From the NCBI GenBank assembly GCA_963784905.1, contig CAWATP010000013.1, positions 65,836 to 129,835 on the forward strand: 64,000 nucleotides of DNA, written 5' to 3'. Position 1 is the first letter of the stretch, and each line of letters starts with the position of its first letter. Shown here piece by piece: positions 59,095 through 64,000 of this stretch. The notes below the pieces were generated by a model, which saw only the letters and a program-made list of their open reading frames with translations, was not told where the DNA came from and did no database searches. A program made the position numbers and the translations under genes. This DNA comes from an uncultured Actinomycetota bacterium (GTDB taxonomy: Bacteria > Actinomycetota > Actinomycetes > S36-B12 > UBA5976).

Positions 59095-59589
59095 TCAGAC
59101 CGCTGGGAGCAAGGCCTCAATATCGGCCTCAAGATCCGCGGGAACGGTCGTAGGCGAGTAGCGCTTGACCGTGGTGCCATCCGGAGCGACGAGGAATTTG
59201 GTGAAGTTCCACTTCACCGCGTCACCAAGAAGTCCCTTGGTCTTGGCCTTGAGAAACACGAAGATGGGATGTGTGGATGCGCCATTCACATCGATTTTGG
59301 TGGAGAGCCCGAAACTGACTCCGTAGTTCAGTTGACAGAATTCGGCGATTTCAACGTCGTCGCCAGGCTCCTGATGCGCAAATTGATCGCAGGGAAAGCC
59401 CAAGACAACCAAGCCCAGCGGACTGTATTTCTCGTGCAGCGCCTGCAATCCCTCGTATTGCGGAGTCAGACCACACTTACTCGCCGTGTTCACGATGAGC
59501 AGCGGGCGACCAGTGAAGTTAGCAAGCGCAACAGTTTCACCACGGTTATCGGTGAAGGCCAGTTCGTACAGCGATCTCGTTGTCGTCAT
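59095..59589 (-). CDS. glutathione peroxidase family protein (Cys-type)
   Basis: ..[40 protein letters not shown].. The active-site residue is encoded by TGT (Cys), not TGA. Confidence 0.9.
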   Translation of the reverse strand: MTTTRSLYELAFTDNRGETVALANFTGRPLLIVNTASKCGLTPQYEGLQALHEKYSPLGLVVLGFPCDQFAHQEPGDDVEIAEFCQLNYGVSFGLSTKIDVNGASTHPIFVFLKAKTKGLLGDAVKWNFTKFLVAPDGTTVKRYSPTTVPADLEADIEALLPAV

Positions 59590-59633
59590 GCGTAGGGAAC
59601 GTGACGAACAGGCCGGGCATTCCCGAACATCAG

Positions 59634-60350
59634 TCAGGGACGCAGGTCCGGACGCATTTCCCGCGTGCGAACCTCCGCCTCACTGCGGCGCCACTTACGG
59701 ATGTTCGCATGGTGACCGCTGAGCAGAATCTCCGGCACTTGCAGTCCACGCCAGACGGGCGGTTTGGTGAACACCGGCCCTTCCACGAGCGTGCCATCCT
59801 CGTCGATGCTGAATGAGTCATCGCCTGCAGACTCGCCGTTGCCCAGCACGCCGGGGAGAAGCCGTGCAACGGCCTCCACCATCACGAGCACCGCGGACTC
59901 ACCGCCAGGCAATACGTAATCGCCGATCGTGACCGGTTCGACCGGCATGACGGTTTCAGCCCACTGGGCAACACGAGCATCGATGCCCTCATAGCGCCCA
60001 CAAGCGAATATGAACCAGCCGCGATCTGCTCGGGCCGCCCAATCTTCGGCTATCCGCTGCGTGAAGCGACGGCCGTTGGGCGTCGGTATGACGAAGGTCG
60101 GTGATGCGCCTTCAAAGGGTGGATCGGCCAGGATCGCTTCTATGGCTTCACCCCACGGATCCGGCTTCATCACCATGCCTGGCCCACCTCCATACGGGGT
60201 GTCATCGACGGTGCGATGTCGGTCGTGGGCGAAGTCGCGAAGATTGGTGAGGCGAAGGCCGATGCGACCGTCATCGATGGCCCTGCCAACCAGCGACAGG
60301 CGCAGGGGTTCGAGGTATTCAGGGAAGATTGTGACGACGTCGAAGAACAT
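59634..60350 (-). CDS. trmD: tRNA (guanine37-N1)-methyltransferase
   Basis: MFFDVVTIFPEYLEPL.. and ..DDTPYGGGPGMVMKPDPW.. The ATG shares one base with the rimM stop (TGATG). Confidence 0.95.
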   Translation of the reverse strand: MFFDVVTIFPEYLEPLRLSLVGRAIDDGRIGLRLTNLRDFAHDRHRTVDDTPYGGGPGMVMKPDPWGEAIEAILADPPFEGASPTFVIPTPNGRRFTQRIAEDWAARADRGWFIFACGRYEGIDARVAQWAETVMPVEPVTIGDYVLPGGESAVLVMVEAVARLLPGVLGNGESAGDDSFSIDEDGTLVEGPVFTKPPVWRGLQVPEILLSGHHANIRKWRRSEAEVRTREMRPDLRP

Positions 60351-60862
60351 CAGTCTTCGAGATCTTCGAACATGCCGCCTGGCGGATCGATAATGACGCG
60401 TGCTTCCAACAGATCGACTTCAGTGACGATCTCATGCACAAACGGCACCAGCACCTCGCCCCGCAACGGAGTCGTGATCGCCAGCAGGTCGTGACCTGGC
60501 AGGTGCACGACTTCCGACACTGCACCCAGCACTTCACCATTCACCCGAACCGCAGCCAACCCAACCAGCTGTCGGTCGTAGTACTCGTCTTCATCGGTTG
60601 GCTTTTCGGTTGGGTCGATGTCGGCTTCCAACATCGTGCCGCGTAATGCCTCAGCGCCGTTGCGGTCGTCGATACCCACGAAGCGCAACAACAAACGCCC
60701 CGAGTGATCGCGGGCGTCCGCGATGACTAGGGGCGTTGGATGTGTTGAGAGCAGGGTCGTACCGACTGCAAAGCGACGATCGACTTCATCGGTGCGCACT
60801 TCAACAGTGACGTCACCGCGGATGCCGTGCGCCTTGCCAATGCGTCCGATGACGACGCGCAT
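60350..60862 (-). CDS. rimM: 16S rRNA processing protein RimM
   Basis: MRVVIGRIGKAHGIRGDVTVEVRTDE.. and a C-terminal PRC barrel. Located in the conserved rpsP-KH-rimM-trmD order. Confidence 0.9.
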   Translation of the reverse strand: MRVVIGRIGKAHGIRGDVTVEVRTDEVDRRFAVGTTLLSTHPTPLVIADARDHSGRLLLRFVGIDDRNGAEALRGTMLEADIDPTEKPTDEDEYYDRQLVGLAAVRVNGEVLGAVSEVVHLPGHDLLAITTPLRGEVLVPFVHEIVTEVDLLEARVIIDPPGGMFEDLED

Positions 60863-60864
60863 GC

Positions 60865-61122
60865 TCAGCGTTCGTCAGCGTCGAGGAAATCGATGCGGAT
60901 GCCACGACTCGGCGAGAGCGCGGTGAGCACCGTGCGTAACGCGGTAGCGGTGCGGCCCGAGCGACCGATGACTCGGCCCATGTCCTCAGGATGCACGCGA
61001 ACCTCGAAGGTCCGCCCATCGCCCTGCTGACGCTGTCGACGATCGCTACGCTGCTTGACCTTGACATCGTCCGGGTGATCAACGATCCCCTTGACCAGGT
61101 GTTCGAGCGCTTCTTCGAGCAT
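60865..61122 (-). CDS. KH domain RNA-binding protein (UPF0109/YlqC-like)
   Basis: MLEEALEHLVKGIVDHPDDVKV...MGRVIGRSGRTATALRTV (GxxG loop). The start is the ATG at 61122, right after the rpsP stop. Confidence 0.85.
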   Translation of the reverse strand: MLEEALEHLVKGIVDHPDDVKVKQRSDRRQRQQGDGRTFEVRVHPEDMGRVIGRSGRTATALRTVLTALSPSRGIRIDFLDADER

Positions 61123-61123
61123 C

Positions 61124-61642
61124 TCAGGCCTCGGTGACAGCCTCAGCGGCTGCTTCCTCGACGACGGTAGCCTCGACAACTTCCGCAACTTCTTCGACGA
61201 CCGGAGCGGCCTCAACAGCAGCCTCTTCGACAACCGGGGCCTCGACGACCTTTTCGACCTTCAGCGGCTTCGGGGCCTTGGCTTCGGCTTCCTTGTCGAC
61301 GGAAGCCTGCAGCACTGCTGCGGCGAAGATTGTCTGCTTGTCGGCCTTCACCGGGGCAACACGCAACGTGCCTTCGGCACCCGGGAGGCCCTTGTACTTC
61401 TGCCAGTCACCGGTGATCTTGAGCAGGACCAAGACAGCGTCGGTCGGCAGTGCGCCGACGGACAGCCAATACTGGGCGCGCTCGGAGTCGATGCGGATGA
61501 GCGACGGCTCCTGCTTCGGCTGGTAGACGCCGATCTCTTCGATGGCACGACCGTTGCGACGGGTCTTGGCGTCTGCAACAACGATGCGGTACTGGGGGTT
61601 GCGAATCTTGCCGAGTCGCTTGAGCTTGATTTTGACAGCCAT
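61124..61642 (-). CDS. rpsP: 30S ribosomal protein S16
   Basis: [42 protein letters not shown].. is canonical S16, with an Ala/Val/Glu-rich C-terminal extension. Confidence 0.95.
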   Translation of the reverse strand: MAVKIKLKRLGKIRNPQYRIVVADAKTRRNGRAIEEIGVYQPKQEPSLIRIDSERAQYWLSVGALPTDAVLVLLKITGDWQKYKGLPGAEGTLRVAPVKADKQTIFAAAVLQASVDKEAEAKAPKPLKVEKVVEAPVVEEAAVEAAPVVEEVAEVVEATVVEEAAAEAVTEA

Positions 61643-61804
61643 GGGGCGTCGTTCTCCTTTTGAAAACGGGTGAGGATTTGATCCGGGGCACCAAGTGCCC
61701 GAGACGTTCCTTGGCGGACCACGGGTGTGGCCAAGGACGCAGTCTGCCAGAGGCGCGGGCCTCCCCCAAAATCCTCCACAACAGCCAACGGTTGAGGGCC
61801 AGCG

Positions 61805-63313
61805 TCAGCGGCCGAGGAAGTTCTTGAATGCGGCGGGTAAGTCGTCGGAGGTAAATGGCTTCTCTGGAGCCGTTTCGTCGACGAAAACGCCCCCCAATTC
61901 CTCGACGGCGCGACGAGCCGGGTTTCCCGAACGGGACTTGCTCTTCTTCTGCTGCTGTGGCTTCGGCGCCTTGGGCATTCCGGGGATGGGTCCCATTCCA
62001 GGGATGCCCCCGCCTTTCGCGGCTGACTTCATCATCTTCTGCGCTTGCTCAAAGCGATTCACCAGAGAATTGACTGCGGTCACCGTCGTGCCAGAGCCGC
62101 GGGCGATCCGGGCTCGGCGTGAACCATTGAGAATCTTGGGGTCGCGTCGCTCCGCGGGTGTCATGGAATACACGATGGCCGCCGTGCGATCGAGCTCGCG
62201 CTCATCAAGGTTGTCCAATTGTTGTTTCATTTGGCCCGCGCCAGGCAGCATGCCCAACATCTTGGACATGGGACCCATAGAACGCAGCGCCTGCAATTGC
62301 TCAATGAAGTCTTCTAGCGTGAAGCTGTCACCAGACTGCATCTTCTTGGTGAAGCGATCGCGCTGCTCCGAGTCGAACGCCCGCTCGGCCTGCTCGATCA
62401 AGGTCAGGACGTCGCCCATATCGAGAATGCGAGACGCCATACGGTCGGGGTGAAAGGCCTCGAATTCCTCAAGCTTCTCACCCGTGGATGCGAACATGAT
62501 GGGGCGTCCAGTGAGTTCTCGGATGGACAGCGCGGCACCGCCGCGGGCATCACCATCGAGCTTTGTCAGGACGACGCCGTCGAAGCCAACACCTTCACCG
62601 AACGCGGCGGCCGTACGGACAGCGTCCTGGCCAATCATTGCGTCCACGACGAAAAGCACTTCGTCGGGTCGCACAGCATCGCGGATTCCGCGCGCCTGGG
62701 ACATGAGTTCTTCGTCGATGGCGAGGCGGCCGGCTGTGTCCACGATGACCACGTCATAGAGCTTTTGCTTGGCGAAAATCAGCGATTCGCGAGCGACCGA
62801 GACGGCATCGCCTACTCCGTTACCCGGCTGCGGAGCGAATGCAGGAACCCCAGCTCTCCGCGCCACCACCTTGAGTTGATCGACGGCGTTGGGACGCTGG
62901 AGATCAGCCGCAACGAGCAGTGGCGTGTGGCCTAAGCCTTTGAGGTGCAGGGCAAGCTTGCCCGCCAGCGTCGTCTTGCCCGCTCCCTGTAAACCAACCA
63001 ACATGATGACGGTAGGCGGTTGCTTGGCGAAGTTGAGGCGGCGGGTTTCCCCACCGAGCACCTCTACGAGCTCGTCATGCACGATCTTGACGATGGTCTG
63101 GGCGGGATTCAGCGAGCCAGTGAGATCGGTCTCTGCCGCGCGCGTTCGAATCCGCTCGGTGAACGCGCGCACTGTCGGCAGCGCTACGTCTGCCTCGAGC
63201 AGTGCACCACGAATCTCGGTGACCATGCGGTCGATATCGGCCTGCGCCAACTTTCCTTTACCGCGCAGCGATTTGAACGCATCGGCAAGGCGATCGGATA
63301 ACTGACCGAACAT
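61805..63313 (-). CDS. ffh: signal recognition particle protein Ffh
   Basis: MFGQLSDRLADAFKSLRGKGKL.., GTPase ..LVGLQGAGKTTLAGKLA..DTAGRL..TKLDGDARGG.. and a Met-rich M domain. Confidence 0.95.
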   Translation of the reverse strand: MFGQLSDRLADAFKSLRGKGKLAQADIDRMVTEIRGALLEADVALPTVRAFTERIRTRAAETDLTGSLNPAQTIVKIVHDELVEVLGGETRRLNFAKQPPTVIMLVGLQGAGKTTLAGKLALHLKGLGHTPLLVAADLQRPNAVDQLKVVARRAGVPAFAPQPGNGVGDAVSVARESLIFAKQKLYDVVIVDTAGRLAIDEELMSQARGIRDAVRPDEVLFVVDAMIGQDAVRTAAAFGEGVGFDGVVLTKLDGDARGGAALSIRELTGRPIMFASTGEKLEEFEAFHPDRMASRILDMGDVLTLIEQAERAFDSEQRDRFTKKMQSGDSFTLEDFIEQLQALRSMGPMSKMLGMLPGAGQMKQQLDNLDERELDRTAAIVYSMTPAERRDPKILNGSRRARIARGSGTTVTAVNSLVNRFEQAQKMMKSAAKGGGIPGMGPIPGMPKAPKPQQQKKSKSRSGNPARRAVEELGGVFVDETAPEKPFTSDDLPAAFKNFLGR

Positions 63314-63343
63314 TGGGGGCTTCTCCTCGGTGGATCGAGGTCG

Positions 63344-64000
63344 TCAGCCTACTTGGAGCGCGGCTTCGACGGCGGCGATGGCATCCACGATGCGATGCGC
63401 TTGGAGACGTGATCCATCGCTTTCCACGAGGTAGAGCACGTCGATGACCTCAGACCCCAGCGTGGCGACGAGCGCGTTGACCACGCTGAAGTGCGCCTCT
63501 GCGAGCGCACTCGTGACCCGCCACAGCAGTGCGGGTTGGTCGTGTGCGCGCACCTCAAGCACGTCAGCCCGGTCGCTCGCTGCGTCCAGCATGCGCACGC
63601 GCGGCGGCGGCGGTGTGAAGCCACGTCGGGTCGGACGCATCGCTCGCAACGAGGCTAGACCCTTGGCAAGATCCAGATCAGCCTCCAGCGCTCTTCGGAT
63701 CGCCGAGGTTATGACCTCAGCATCCGGTGCTTCGCCGAACGCCGGCTCGGTGAGCCACGATTGCAGAGCCCGCTCGCCCTGCGTGTCGACAGTCGCCGAG
63801 AGGACGTCAAGTCGCTGTGTGGCAAGCGCGCCCGCAACCGTCGATAGCAATCCCACGCGATCATCGGCAGCAACGAGCACCCTGAGCCCGTCGGTTTCGC
63901 GGGCCACCGATACCTGCACTCCGGCGGCACCCAGGATCTCACGATAGGCAGCGGCGAGGGACGGCGTCTCCTTTGCAGGAGTGCCAGCGATTGTTGCGTG
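63344..64000 (-). CDS. glnD: [protein-PII] uridylyltransferase, C-terminal part with two ACT domains; the 5' part lies beyond the window end
   Basis: The frame stays open to position 64000 (my translation upstream of the track's GTG is HATIAGTPAKETPSLAAAYREILGAAG). Two ACT-like repeats are present (..LRVLVAADDRVGLLSTVAGALA.. and ..LEVRAHDQPALLWRVTSALA..). It lies next to ffh, as in other actinobacteria. Confidence 0.75.
   Translation of the reverse strand, partial: HATIAGTPAKETPSLAAAYREILGAAGVQVSVARETDGLRVLVAADDRVGLLSTVAGALATQRLDVLSATVDTQGERALQSWLTEPAFGEAPDAEVITSAIRRALEADLDLAKGLASLRAMRPTRRGFTPPPPRVRMLDAASDRADVLEVRAHDQPALLWRVTSALAEAHFSVVNALVATLGSEVIDVLYLVESDGSRLQAHRIVDAIAAVEAALQVG

Noticed and set aside
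59095-59589. Possible selenocysteine in the glutathione peroxidase
   Set aside because: The active-site codon is TGT (..ASKCGLT..), the ORF has no in-frame TGA, and no SECIS-like context is needed.

Overview
This is a 64-kb chromosomal slice from a high-GC actinobacterium. The gene order looks like Micrococcales/Microbacteriaceae, but I cannot verify the taxon without a search. The backbone is conserved housekeeping genes, almost all on the minus strand: pepR-like/pnp, rpsO, ribF-truB-rbfA-infB-ylxR-nusA-rimP, proS, ispG-rseP-dxr, rlmN-cdsA-frr-pyrH, tsf-rpsB, xerC-dprA-comM-yraN-rnhB-lepB-rplS, trmD-rimM-KH-rpsP, ffh and the 3' end of glnD. Several accessory blocks interrupt this backbone. 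(1) The most unusual is at 2985-8342: four plus-strand genes encode Sec-exported proteins built from 11 tandem cytochrome b5-like heme-binding modules (2+2+1+6). They are wedged into and split the normally contiguous ribF-rpsO-pnp locus. The six-module gene carries a 1-nt frameshift and a near-perfect 336-bp tandem duplication. (2) Two small islands of orphan genes (16086-17887 and 20627-22373) flank tauE-proS, and each contains a secreted four-cysteine protein. (3) An agmatine/putrescine to GABA to succinate catabolic island of about 14 kb lies at 26982-40577. (4) A LysR / glutaryl-CoA dehydrogenase / GntR / CoA-transferase module lies at 40562-44868. (5) A MASE1-CHASE-GGDEF sensor gene sits between pyrH and tsf. 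I found no rRNA, tRNA, CRISPR array, transposase or prophage genes. Many long ORFs in the track are antisense shadow ORFs typical of high-GC DNA, and I rejected them. Several gene starts were moved downstream of the longest-ORF start using homologous N-termini, RBS position and upstream-gene stops.
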